Positions 41,562 through 50,851 of a stretch of DNA of 64,000 nt are shown piece after piece. Where the stretch lies: contig WQSQ01000001.1 of NCBI GenBank assembly GCA_009787775.1, positions 1,924 through 65,923 on the forward strand, in the 5' to 3' direction. The number at the start of each line of letters is the position of its first letter. The first letter of the stretch is position 1. The stretch comes from Treponema sp. (lineage in GTDB: Bacteria > Spirochaetota > Spirochaetia > Treponematales > Breznakiellaceae). A program made the position numbers and the translations under genes. A model generated the notes under the pieces. The model saw only the letters and a program-made list of their open reading frames with translations. It did not search any database and was not told where the DNA came from.

Positions 41562-43403
41562 ATGAACTTAAACGAATTAAAACATGCAGGACTGAAAAAA
41601 TGGGTTGATGAAGCGGCTGCCTTAATGACCCCCGATACTGTAGAGGTCTGCGACGGCAGCAAGGTTGAATATGACAAAATGCTGAAAATAATGACAGACA
41701 CAGGGCTTGGCATCAAATTGGACTCTGTAAAAAGACCCGGCTGTTATTGGTTCCACTCTGATCCTTCGGATGTCGCAAGAGCTGAAAGCCGAACCTTTAT
41801 TGCCAGTAAAAATAAAGATGACGCGGGTCCTACAAATAACTGGACCGATCCAGGTGAGTTAAAGAAAACAATGTCCGCACAGTATAAAGGCTGCATGAAA
41901 GGGCGCACGATGTATGTTATCCCCTTCTCAATGGGCCCTGTCGGCTCTGATATCGCGAAAATCGGGGTAGAAATTACAGACAGCCCTTATGTTGTAATCA
42001 ATATGCATATAATGACCCGTGTCGGCACAAAAGTTTTGGATGTACTGGGACCGAACGGATTTTATGTACCATGTCTTCATTCTATCGCCAAACCGCTCGG
42101 CCCCGGCGAAAAAGACACCAGTTGGCCGTGCGAGCCTGATGTCAGCAAGAAATTTATCAGCCATTTCCCTGATACTTACGAAATATGGTCTTACGGTTCA
42201 GGCTACGGCGGAAACGCTCTACTTGGTAAGAAGTGCCTTGCGCTCCGCATCGCGTCCGTTCTCGCAAGAGACGAAGGCTGGCTTGCTGAACATATGCTCA
42301 TTCTAAAAATAACAAACCCGCAAGGCAAGGTCAAATATATCGCAGGCGCTCTGCCTTCTGCCTGCGGAAAAACAAACCTCGCAATGCTTATCCCTACCCT
42401 TCCTGGATGGAAAGTTGAAACAATCGGCGATGATATCGCCTGGATGAAGTTCAAGGAAGACGGTCATCTTTACGCTATTAACCCGGAAGCGGGGTTCTTC
42501 GGAGTAGCGCCGGGAACCAGCGATCAATCCAACAAGAGCGCAATGGATTCGATAAAGAAAAATACTATTTTTACAAACACAGGTTTAACAGAAGACAGCG
42601 ATATCTGGTGGGAACAAATCGGCTACGGCGCTCCGGGCGGAACAATTACTAACTGGAAGGGAGAGAAAGTACCTTCCCCAAAAAATGACAAAGCGGTTAA
42701 GGGAGAGGAGATTGCACATCCCAACGCACGCTTTACAGTTCCCGCGTCCCAGTGCCCTGTTATAGCTTCTGAATGGGAAGACCCAAAAGGCGTGCCTATA
42801 GCGGCGTTCCTTTTTGGCGGAAGACGCCCGAATACAATTCCTCTTGTTAATCAAAGTAAAGACTGGGTACATGGTGTATTTATGGGATCAATTACAGGCT
42901 CGGAAATTACAGCCGCAGCTCTGGACCTTAAAGCCGGAACAATAAGGCGCGACCCGTTTGCCATGCTGCCTTTCTGCGGTTATCACATGGGCGACTACTT
43001 TAATCACTGGCTTAAACTTGGAAAGAAAGCGCAGGATACCGGTAAAGGCGATAAGCTTCCAAAAATCTTCTTTGTAAACTGGTTCAGAAAAGACGCAGAA
43101 GGACATTTTATGTGGCCGGGCTACGGAGAAAACAGCCGTGTACTCGCGTGGATGTTCAACCGCTGTGACGGAGTTGACAACTTTATAGAAACTCCAATCG
43201 GTAATCTGCCTAAACCAGGCGCTATTGATGCTCCAGCGGGAGTAAGCGCTGAAATAATGGCAGAACTAATAAAAGTTGATGTCGCCGGCTGGAAGAGCGA
43301 AATTGCCGATGTCAGGGAAAATCATTATCCTAAATTCGGCGACAGACTTCCGAAGGAACTTTACACACAATTGGATATAATGGAGAAGGGTCTGAATGGT
43401 TAG
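41562..43403 (+). CDS. pckG: Phosphoenolpyruvate carboxykinase (GTP)
   Basis: [46 protein letters not shown]. Confidence 0.97.
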   Translation: MNLNELKHAGLKKWVDEAAALMTPDTVEVCDGSKVEYDKMLKIMTDTGLGIKLDSVKRPGCYWFHSDPSDVARAESRTFIASKNKDDAGPTNNWTDPGELKKTMSAQYKGCMKGRTMYVIPFSMGPVGSDIAKIGVEITDSPYVVINMHIMTRVGTKVLDVLGPNGFYVPCLHSIAKPLGPGEKDTSWPCEPDVSKKFISHFPDTYEIWSYGSGYGGNALLGKKCLALRIASVLARDEGWLAEHMLILKITNPQGKVKYIAGALPSACGKTNLAMLIPTLPGWKVETIGDDIAWMKFKEDGHLYAINPEAGFFGVAPGTSDQSNKSAMDSIKKNTIFTNTGLTEDSDIWWEQIGYGAPGGTITNWKGEKVPSPKNDKAVKGEEIAHPNARFTVPASQCPVIASEWEDPKGVPIAAFLFGGRRPNTIPLVNQSKDWVHGVFMGSITGSEITAAALDLKAGTIRRDPFAMLPFCGYHMGDYFNHWLKLGKKAQDTGKGDKLPKIFFVNWFRKDAEGHFMWPGYGENSRVLAWMFNRCDGVDNFIETPIGNLPKPGAIDAPAGVSAEIMAELIKVDVAGWKSEIADVRENHYPKFGDRLPKELYTQLDIMEKGLNG

Positions 43404-43444
43404 CTTTATAAAGCAGTAAGGTTATATTCTGCCGTTATGCGGAG

Positions 43445-43481
43445 AAGCCTCAGGAACTTTTTCAATCCTTGAGGCTTTTTT
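43445..43481 (+). terminator. Intrinsic terminator
   Basis: AAGCCTCAGGA...TCCTTGAGGCTT followed by a T-run. Confidence 0.7.
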
Positions 43482-43573
43482 AATGAATTGGCATAATTTT
43501 ATTTAAAGTGCTGAGCTGTCAATACGATTTTAATACACGATGAGCGAATAAAATAACGGCAAATTGATGCCGC

Positions 43574-44863
43574 TCAGGTGCGGGTGCGTATATATTCCCT
43601 GTATTTTTCAGGATCGCTTCTGAACGCGATTATCGGACTGTCCGCGTCTTTTTTCGCTCTCTTTAAGGCTTCAGAGGTTTCCAGAATCAGTCTGTCCGCG
43701 TCAAGGATCCTTCCCGAGCGCGATGACAACCCGATACAAAGACCTTTATCGGTTTCTGTGATATCAGGCAGTTTTTCCGATATCCGCTGTATAAATCTTT
43801 CGCATTTGGAAATGCCGTCATCAAGGGTAATGCCCGGAATAATTACCGCAATTCCTGTTTTTCCGTATTCAAAAAGCAAATCTCTGGACGTAAAGAAAGC
43901 GGCTGCTTCCTCCGTTGCGGATCTGTATGTATCGTTATCTGAAATATCCAATTCCATCAGGCTGAAAACCAGATCCTTCTCCGCTGAAGAGCAGCGGTGC
44001 AGTTCAGAATCCAGTCGATCTTTTATATAATCTTCCCAGCCGATACTGCTGCGGGGCGAATAAAGCCCTTTAGGTTCATAATCCGCGGATATTATTTCAT
44101 CATAGTCTTCAGGTTCGTTTATGGGATGGACAGTTTTATTTTTTGTTCCTGAAACCGCACCTGATGATGTTTCGGTTACATGTCTTGTTTTTTTATCCGG
44201 CTGCGACGAATGTTTCTCTTGTAAAGCTTCCGAAGTCTTTTTATGCACAGGTTCGTGTGTTTGCACATAACGAACAGTGTTCTGTACAGGTTTTCTTGCG
44301 ATAAGCTGTATTAACATTGTAATAAAAGCAATAGCGAATCCTGCAAGAATTATCAAAAGAGTTTCCCTTAAAATCCTTGAAAACTCGTTATAATCAAAAG
44401 CGGAGGCTGCTGCCTTGATATTGGCGTTTCGTATTTCAACAAATGACAATGGTCTATATAGGTTTTGGTCAGAAAAACCAAATCTGTTGATAAATCTCGG
44501 CTGATTATTCACCCATGTAATCGCCTGGCCGGTTTCCTTTTCAAATGAATATCCGACATCGGCTCCTGTTATAATTAACGCGATAATGCTGTCGCTTGCG
44601 GTAAGAGCGTTATTAATGGTTTGAATAAAGCTCGCGTCCATAAAACCACGCGTTCCCGCGGATTGAGCAATACCGGCAATCTGATCAAATTCCTGTTCAA
44701 TTGTAATCTTGCGCTGATCTATGCTCAAATAGATCCGGAACGCTCCCTGTATCAGCGCGAAAAGATAGATAGCGATACAAATTGCGGCAATGATTGAACC
44801 TGCAACCGCAAGGCCGTTACCTTTTTTACCTGCGGCAGTTTTTTTATATTTCTCTGTTTCCAT
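43574..44863 (-). CDS. Two-TM membrane protein with degenerate GGDEF-like domain
   Basis: RLDSELHR..SLMELD, FEYGKTG in place of RYGGDEF, IGLSSR, ALKRAK. Confidence 0.7.
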   Translation of the reverse strand: METEKYKKTAAGKKGNGLAVAGSIIAAICIAIYLFALIQGAFRIYLSIDQRKITIEQEFDQIAGIAQSAGTRGFMDASFIQTINNALTASDSIIALIITGADVGYSFEKETGQAITWVNNQPRFINRFGFSDQNLYRPLSFVEIRNANIKAAASAFDYNEFSRILRETLLIILAGFAIAFITMLIQLIARKPVQNTVRYVQTHEPVHKKTSEALQEKHSSQPDKKTRHVTETSSGAVSGTKNKTVHPINEPEDYDEIISADYEPKGLYSPRSSIGWEDYIKDRLDSELHRCSSAEKDLVFSLMELDISDNDTYRSATEEAAAFFTSRDLLFEYGKTGIAVIIPGITLDDGISKCERFIQRISEKLPDITETDKGLCIGLSSRSGRILDADRLILETSEALKRAKKDADSPIIAFRSDPEKYREYIRTRT

Positions 44864-44902
44864 AATTTACATTTCTCTGATATAATTATCGGCAGATTTT
44901 AT

Positions 44903-45733
44903 ATGCAAATAAGGGATTATTCTTTACCGGCAGGCTGGTATCCGCGTGACAGCGCTTCAGTTTCATCCTTTTTATCCGGTATAGAGCAGACAAGACGCGG
45001 CTGCCTGGCCGCAATTGCTCCGCACGCGGGCTGGTATTACTCGGGGCGTATTGCCGCACGCGCTGTTTTAAGCCTTCAGCCGGACGCAGAAGTTATCGTT
45101 GTTTTGGGCGGACATTTACCTTCGAAACATCCACCTCTTTTTGCGATGGAAGACGCGGTAAAAACTCCTTTCGATCCGATGTTCATTGATGCGAAGTTAC
45201 GCTCATTATTAATAAAAGAATTAAAAGGCTTAGAAGACCATTACCGCGATAATACTGTTGAGGTTCTTCTTCCAATGGTGCGTTATTTTTACCCTGAGGC
45301 AAAGCTGATATGGATGCGTCTTGGCGCGGAATTAAAATCCTTTGAATCGGGAAAAATTATCGCGCAAATAGCGGATAAATTGAATCGAAAAATTAATATT
45401 TTAGCTTCCACAGATTTAACGCATTACGGTTCAAATTACAGCTTTTCACCGCATGGAAGAGGAGTGGAAGCCTTAAAGTGGGCACGCGAAGTTAACGATG
45501 CCGCTTTTATAAAAGCTGTACAATCAGGCAGCAGTGAAGAAGTATTACGCCACGCACAAGAGGATTTCTCTTCATGTTCAGCGGGCGCTGTGCTTGGCGC
45601 GATGGGTTTTGCTCAGGCGAAGGGACTTAACAGCGCTGAACTCATTGAATATTCAACCTCCGCCGATGTTGACAAGAGCGATGATATACCTGATTCATTT
45701 GTGGGATACGCCGCGTTTGCGTTTAACTCTTAA
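44903..45733 (+). CDS. MEMO1-family protein (AmmeMemoRadiSam protein B)
   Basis: AGWYP, APHAGWYYSG, ASTDLTHYG, SFVGYA. Confidence 0.9.
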   Translation: MQIRDYSLPAGWYPRDSASVSSFLSGIEQTRRGCLAAIAPHAGWYYSGRIAARAVLSLQPDAEVIVVLGGHLPSKHPPLFAMEDAVKTPFDPMFIDAKLRSLLIKELKGLEDHYRDNTVEVLLPMVRYFYPEAKLIWMRLGAELKSFESGKIIAQIADKLNRKINILASTDLTHYGSNYSFSPHGRGVEALKWAREVNDAAFIKAVQSGSSEEVLRHAQEDFSSCSAGAVLGAMGFAQAKGLNSAELIEYSTSADVDKSDDIPDSFVGYAAFAFNS

Positions 45734-45796
45734 TCTCTGTTTATTTAATAAATTGTTTCTTGCTTAAATTCATTATAACCTGCGATAATTAACGAT

Positions 45797-47071
45797 ATGA
45801 AAACAACAGAAAATAAATTAAATGTAAAAGTAACTCTTTTGCTGTCCTTCGGTTTTTTCGCGTCGTCTATCGCGTGGAGTATGTATAATTCTTTTGTTCC
45901 TCAAATCCTTGAAAAATATTTAGCAAGTACAACTCTTATTGGGCTGATTATGGTTATAGATAATGTTTTCGGTGTTATATTTCAGCCGCTGTTTGGCACA
46001 ATGAGTGATAAAACAAGGACGCGCTTTGGAAAAAGAATGCCATATATTTTTATCGGCATTCCTGTCTGCGCCGTCGCTTTTGCGTTAATTCCTTATATGG
46101 GCAGTCTTTTTTCCCTGATGGTTGTTCTGATCATTTTTACATTTGTAATGTCGGCGTGGAGATCTCCTGTTGTCGCTCTCATGCCAGACCTTACGCCCGG
46201 GCCCCTTAGAAGCCAGGCTAACGGAATTGTTAATTTAATGGGCGGTCTTGGCGGTGTGTTCGCGTTCCTGCTTGGCGGAATACTTTTTAATATCTGGTTT
46301 GAAAGAACCGGAAACGGATTCCCGCTTCCATTTATGATGAGTTCCGCAATGATGCTGTTGGCTCTGTTTGTCCTTGTCTTTTTTGTGCGTGAACCTAAGT
46401 CTGCCTATGAGTCGGCGGCGGAAGAAAAAATAAAAGCAGTTAAAATAAAACTTACCAAAGATGAACTAAAAAGCCTTTTATTAATTCTGTTTGGAATATT
46501 CTTCTGGTTTACAGGTTATAACGCCGTTGAAACATTCTTTACGTTATATGCAACCAACACTCTTGCCATGTCTCCGGGAGATGCGTCAATAACCCTCGCC
46601 ATTTTCTCTCTCACATTTCTGGCTTTCGCGGTACCGGCAGGATTTATCGGCGCAAGAATAGGGAGACGCAAAGCGATTATAATCGGTTTATTCGGCCTTA
46701 TCGTATTGTTTTTACCTATGGCGTTTATCGCCAATGTATGGCTTGTCAGAGTCTGCCTTTTCCTTGGCGGGCTTGCGTGGGCAATGGTAAATGTCAACTC
46801 ACTTCCGATGGTAGTAAAGTTATCAGGAGAAACAAAAATCGGAACCTATATCGGTTATTATTATTTTTTCTCGTTCAGCTCACAGATTATATCACCGGTT
46901 TTATTTGGTTTTATACGCGATGTCGCAGGTCATTACATGATACTCTTTTTATACGCGAGCATTGCTTTCGCTCTGGCTCTGGCTGCTCTTGTCTTTGTTC
47001 GTCACGGTGAAGATGAACTACAGGCGACAACCGCAACTGAAGTTTTAAATGAATTGGGAAATGATTCTTGA
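45797..47071 (+). CDS. MFS transporter (SLC45/maltose-sucrose-like)
   Basis: About 12 TMs, QPLFGTMSDKTRTRFGKRMPY, ALMPDL. Confidence 0.88.
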   Translation: MKTTENKLNVKVTLLLSFGFFASSIAWSMYNSFVPQILEKYLASTTLIGLIMVIDNVFGVIFQPLFGTMSDKTRTRFGKRMPYIFIGIPVCAVAFALIPYMGSLFSLMVVLIIFTFVMSAWRSPVVALMPDLTPGPLRSQANGIVNLMGGLGGVFAFLLGGILFNIWFERTGNGFPLPFMMSSAMMLLALFVLVFFVREPKSAYESAAEEKIKAVKIKLTKDELKSLLLILFGIFFWFTGYNAVETFFTLYATNTLAMSPGDASITLAIFSLTFLAFAVPAGFIGARIGRRKAIIIGLFGLIVLFLPMAFIANVWLVRVCLFLGGLAWAMVNVNSLPMVVKLSGETKIGTYIGYYYFFSFSSQIISPVLFGFIRDVAGHYMILFLYASIAFALALAALVFVRHGEDELQATTATEVLNELGNDS

Positions 47072-47140
47072 CTTTTGGTAAAAGGGAAATATAATTTATA
47101 CTAGAAGCATGTTTATTTATCACCTTTTAAGGAGTTTTAT

Positions 47141-47617
47141 ATGGCAAAAATGAGCAAAGTTTTTGCGGCTGTAGTTATTATTGGATGTTTTTTCATATTT
47201 CCGGCCGCGGCGCAGTCAGCTTGGACAAGAGCGAATCTTCAAAGTATATATATGGAACATTTGCGTTTGGAAGGATATGTTCCTTTGATAGACATTGACG
47301 GTGATATTCAATTTAAGGTATCCGGAGATAATTTCTTTATAATTGTTGATGAAAACGATCTTCAGTTCTTTCAAATCTATACCGGTTTCAGCATTGGCTC
47401 AGCCTCCGCGGAAAACGCACTTACTGCCGCCAATTATTCAAACAGACGTTCAAAAGTCGCTAAAGTCGCCGTTTCTTCCGACGGCAAGGTAGCTTCCATT
47501 ACTGCAGAATTGTTGTTATCAAGCCCGCTCGACTTTGCGTCTGTCTTTGCAAGATCTCTTTCCCTTATGAGAAATGCTGAAAATAATTTTTTAACACACC
47601 TGAATGGACTTGAATAA
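47141..47617 (+). CDS. Exported protein, YbjN-like domain
   Basis: Signal peptide; EGY.P.ID.DGDI.FK pattern; AAGGAG RBS. Confidence 0.65.
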   Translation: MAKMSKVFAAVVIIGCFFIFPAAAQSAWTRANLQSIYMEHLRLEGYVPLIDIDGDIQFKVSGDNFFIIVDENDLQFFQIYTGFSIGSASAENALTAANYSNRRSKVAKVAVSSDGKVASITAELLLSSPLDFASVFARSLSLMRNAENNFLTHLNGLE

Positions 47618-47642
47618 TTTCAGGTAATCAATGACTGTTTAG

Positions 47643-47758
47643 ATCTGTCTACAATGTGGACACATTATAGACAGACCACCTTAAAAAACGCATTTTCGCA
47701 GCCTTTAGGCGAGAAAATGTAAGGTCTGTCCGCAAAGTAACCGACTTTGTGGACAGAC
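47643..47758. repeat. Two adjacent REP-like palindromes (47643-47676 and 47724-47758)
   Basis: TCTGTCTACAATGTG-GA-CACATTATAGACAGA and GTCTGTCCGCAAAGT-AACCG-ACTTTGTGGACAGAC. Confidence 0.7.
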
Positions 47759-49363
47759 ACTATTTAATACTTTCTCGATTTTTTTAATACTTTGTATTTT
47801 AACTTCTTCAATTAAATCTTTTTGTTTTAACACTGTATTTTGTTTTTTTATGGCTGCGGCAAAAGGCAGTAAAGTGGTAAAAATCTGCGATTCTTTTTTA
47901 TTTAGTACAGATAAATAATACTCATTGTTTTTCATTCCCGGTAAAGCCGCTATATCATTTCTGTACTGTTCCAGAAATTCCATGCCGGATATTTCGCTGC
48001 TTGATTTCTCCTCTATCCTGTTCTCGTTCCTATAAACAATCCGCTCTCTGCTTCTAATAATAACCGGCGCTCCAGACCCTCGCTCGCAGGTAACGCGGGC
48101 TGTCATCATGGAAGTTTTTTCTTCCAGTTTCTTCCGATAAAATCTGAGCGATGATGTTTCGTAATAACGGCTTTTATCTGTTGTCAGCTCTTCATTGTCT
48201 TCGGGGAGCAGAAACGGATTTCTGTATAAAAAAGCCGATGATTGCGCTTCTAAAGGAGAGAGACGATTTTGCCTTTTTGAGAAATACGGATTTAAATATG
48301 TTCCTCTCGCGTAGGAGCTCGAATTAATATATGAAAAATCCGCGCCGTATAATATTATGTTCCGCATTCCCAATGTTTCCGCTAACGAAAGACACGCGTA
48401 TGTTACATTGCCTCCGGATGTATCAAGCCGCGTAAAAGGTCGCCAGTATTCGCAAATGTAAACAGAAAGAGGATGACCGCTTGAGAAAAAAACGGGTGAA
48501 TGTGAAAGTTCTGTAAAAGACGGAGGACTCGCGATATCAAGGATTAGCGGAATGCAGCGCAGATTGCAACCCAGGAAATGATAATAACTGATATGCTGGC
48601 AGTCAATCGAAACAACAGCGTCCGCTTCTATCCCATTATGCAAAAGAGCGGGCAGGGCGGTATCAGAACTGATTATAAAAAATCCTTTTTCTTTTGCGTC
48701 CTTAAGAGAAGTTAACTGATGATCCAGAGAAGGGCCTGCCGCAATAATCGCTGCGTCCCGGATTTGTTTTTTATTTTCAAAAAAAACGTTGTTGTTTTTA
48801 TTTATGTTTTTTATATTGCGTATAATATTGGAAAACCATCGTATTCCAAAATACGCCTGAACAGAATAATCGCTTCCTGTAATTTCTATCGCTTCCTGTA
48901 TTGCGCCAAATGCTTTTTCAAACTCTTCTGTGTTCTGTTCTGTTCTTGACCGCAGGGGAATTGTTTTAATACCGCCCATAAGAGCGGGTTTATAATTTTC
49001 CAATATAATATTTTTTATAACTTCACAGGAAGGATCGATTAAAAGGCTGAAGCGGTCGTTATTAAGAAGTCTTGTGTAATTTCCCGATGCCAGCAGATCC
49101 TGTATGCCGTCTTTGTCAAAATCAATTACAATAATGCGCGCGTTTGTTGTTTCAAGCGCGGCTTGCGGAGCAAAGCCTCCTCCAAGACCGAGAAAAATAA
49201 AAAAACCGATATCTTCTGTAATTGCGGAAACAAGCCGGTGCGCCTCCCGTTTTGGATCAATCATTGAATGAAGGTTTTTTGTTTCACCTGACGGCAGGAC
49301 AATGGCGGGAACAGTTTCTCCTGAGCGCGCTTTTGTAAAAATATACCGTATTTTCTCACTCAT
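47705..49363 (-). CDS. Maf/DUF115 (MptE-like) protein, putative motility-associated glycosyltransferase
   Basis: LHSMIDPKREA, GLGGG, AAGPSLD, SSDTA, GGNVT, GADFSY; start moved to ATG 49363. Confidence 0.8.
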   Translation of the reverse strand: MSEKIRYIFTKARSGETVPAIVLPSGETKNLHSMIDPKREAHRLVSAITEDIGFFIFLGLGGGFAPQAALETTNARIIVIDFDKDGIQDLLASGNYTRLLNNDRFSLLIDPSCEVIKNIILENYKPALMGGIKTIPLRSRTEQNTEEFEKAFGAIQEAIEITGSDYSVQAYFGIRWFSNIIRNIKNINKNNNVFFENKKQIRDAAIIAAGPSLDHQLTSLKDAKEKGFFIISSDTALPALLHNGIEADAVVSIDCQHISYYHFLGCNLRCIPLILDIASPPSFTELSHSPVFFSSGHPLSVYICEYWRPFTRLDTSGGNVTYACLSLAETLGMRNIILYGADFSYINSSSYARGTYLNPYFSKRQNRLSPLEAQSSAFLYRNPFLLPEDNEELTTDKSRYYETSSLRFYRKKLEEKTSMMTARVTCERGSGAPVIIRSRERIVYRNENRIEEKSSSEISGMEFLEQYRNDIAALPGMKNNEYYLSVLNKKESQIFTTLLPFAAAIKKQNTVLKQKDLIEEVKIQSIKKIEKVLNSVCPQSRLLCGQTLHFLA

Positions 49364-50819
49364 GGGAAATCTCATAAATTGTATTTTCAAGCATTTTTTC
49401 TGTTACGCTGACATCACCAGGAAACAGTAAAGGCAGTAGTTCCTGATTTAATTTTTCCGAATAATCCGGATTTTTCAGCGCATTTATTAGGGCCTTTGCT
49501 CCTTTTTCCCTGAAATGCGAATTCTCAATACCGGCGCAGTTAAAATACGTTTCTGTATTTTTTATTTTCTGTGTATTTAGCGTGTTATCTGAAAATATTG
49601 ATGTATTTGTTTTTTCAAATATTTTATTTCCCTGTCCTATTGTAAAGATCCGTTTTGGCCATGAATCAAGCTGGTTTTTAAACCATGACGCGTATATGTC
49701 AAGGCTTCCGCCCTGCTTTAAAAGAGCTGAACGTGTGTATGCTTGCGAGTATACAGGGCCAAAGCGGTTTGACCGGTTAAAAAAAAGACTGTCAAAACCG
49801 TATGGCCGAACATGCGTTCTTATATCATTAACAGAAAAATCCATTCCGGATAAAAATATATTTCCGCTTGATAAAATCATAGCAAGTTCCGCAGCAGCAG
49901 CGCTGACAGTTCCTTTCTGCGGTATCATGATTGACGGAATGGATAGTTCATGAAGAATAATACTCTGCCATAAACTGCCGTCATTTAATATTAGAAAAGG
50001 TGTATCTATACATTGAGAGGGCAGGGCAGTACATAAATTTATCGCGTGCAATGCGCTGTATGTCAATTTATTTCTTATTGCAGGATATATGTGCCATAAA
50101 GCCCATGAGCCTCCGTCAGTCGCGATAATTATATCAGGTATTATACTGTTATTTAAAAGAGCCATTGCCGAAGAGGAGGCTGCGATTATTAAATGGTTAG
50201 TTTGAACTTTCCTGATAAAAGGAAGTGCACTTTCAAGGCTTGGACCGGAACCTGTGATAATTACAGGTATTTCGCTTTGCCTGTATAAAACGATTTTATT
50301 TATATACGCGATGTTCCTGAAAAAATTCCTGACCCATCTTTTCCCGAATGTTGCCGTTGTTCTGCTTTCCGCGTCGGTTCTTTTAAGAAATTCTACAACA
50401 TACGTTAAAAGATTTAAATATGCCTCTTTATAATAATTAAGAGAAGGCCTCCAATCAATAACGCGGATGCAATCAATGTTTGTCTGTGGTATATGAATTT
50501 CAAGGAATTTTTGTACCTCTTTTGAATCAATATCAGGAGGGAATATTTGCCTGATTACATTTAAATTGACGGAATTGAAATTGGAATCCGTATTTTCCTT
50601 GTCCTGAGAGAAATTACCGATATGAAGAACAATTATATTACCTGTCTTAAATCTTTCCTGTAATACTGGAATAATGTAGCCCAACCCCGGCTCAATTAAA
50701 ATAAAACAATTTGTTGTTTCTTTTAGATTTAAAGAGTCAATGTATCGCCTGGCTTCAGCCTGCGGATTATACCGTGAATGAAGATGAGCGCCGTCTGTCT
50801 CCATTGTGTCTAAAGTCAT
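49356..50819 (-). CDS. Maf/DUF115 (MptE-like) protein, second paralog
   Basis: LHSRYNPQAEA, PGLGY, GSGPSLE, GTVS, GMDF. Confidence 0.8.
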   Translation of the reverse strand: MTLDTMETDGAHLHSRYNPQAEARRYIDSLNLKETTNCFILIEPGLGYIIPVLQERFKTGNIIVLHIGNFSQDKENTDSNFNSVNLNVIRQIFPPDIDSKEVQKFLEIHIPQTNIDCIRVIDWRPSLNYYKEAYLNLLTYVVEFLKRTDAESRTTATFGKRWVRNFFRNIAYINKIVLYRQSEIPVIITGSGPSLESALPFIRKVQTNHLIIAASSSAMALLNNSIIPDIIIATDGGSWALWHIYPAIRNKLTYSALHAINLCTALPSQCIDTPFLILNDGSLWQSIILHELSIPSIMIPQKGTVSAAAAELAMILSSGNIFLSGMDFSVNDIRTHVRPYGFDSLFFNRSNRFGPVYSQAYTRSALLKQGGSLDIYASWFKNQLDSWPKRIFTIGQGNKIFEKTNTSIFSDNTLNTQKIKNTETYFNCAGIENSHFREKGAKALINALKNPDYSEKLNQELLPLLFPGDVSVTEKMLENTIYEISHE

Positions 50820-50851
50820 ATTCCCGGGAGATGGAACAGGGTATGGCGTGT

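Noticed and set aside
43488-43505. TGGCA as a sigma54 -24 box
   Set aside because: No GC at the -12 position and no downstream co-oriented gene
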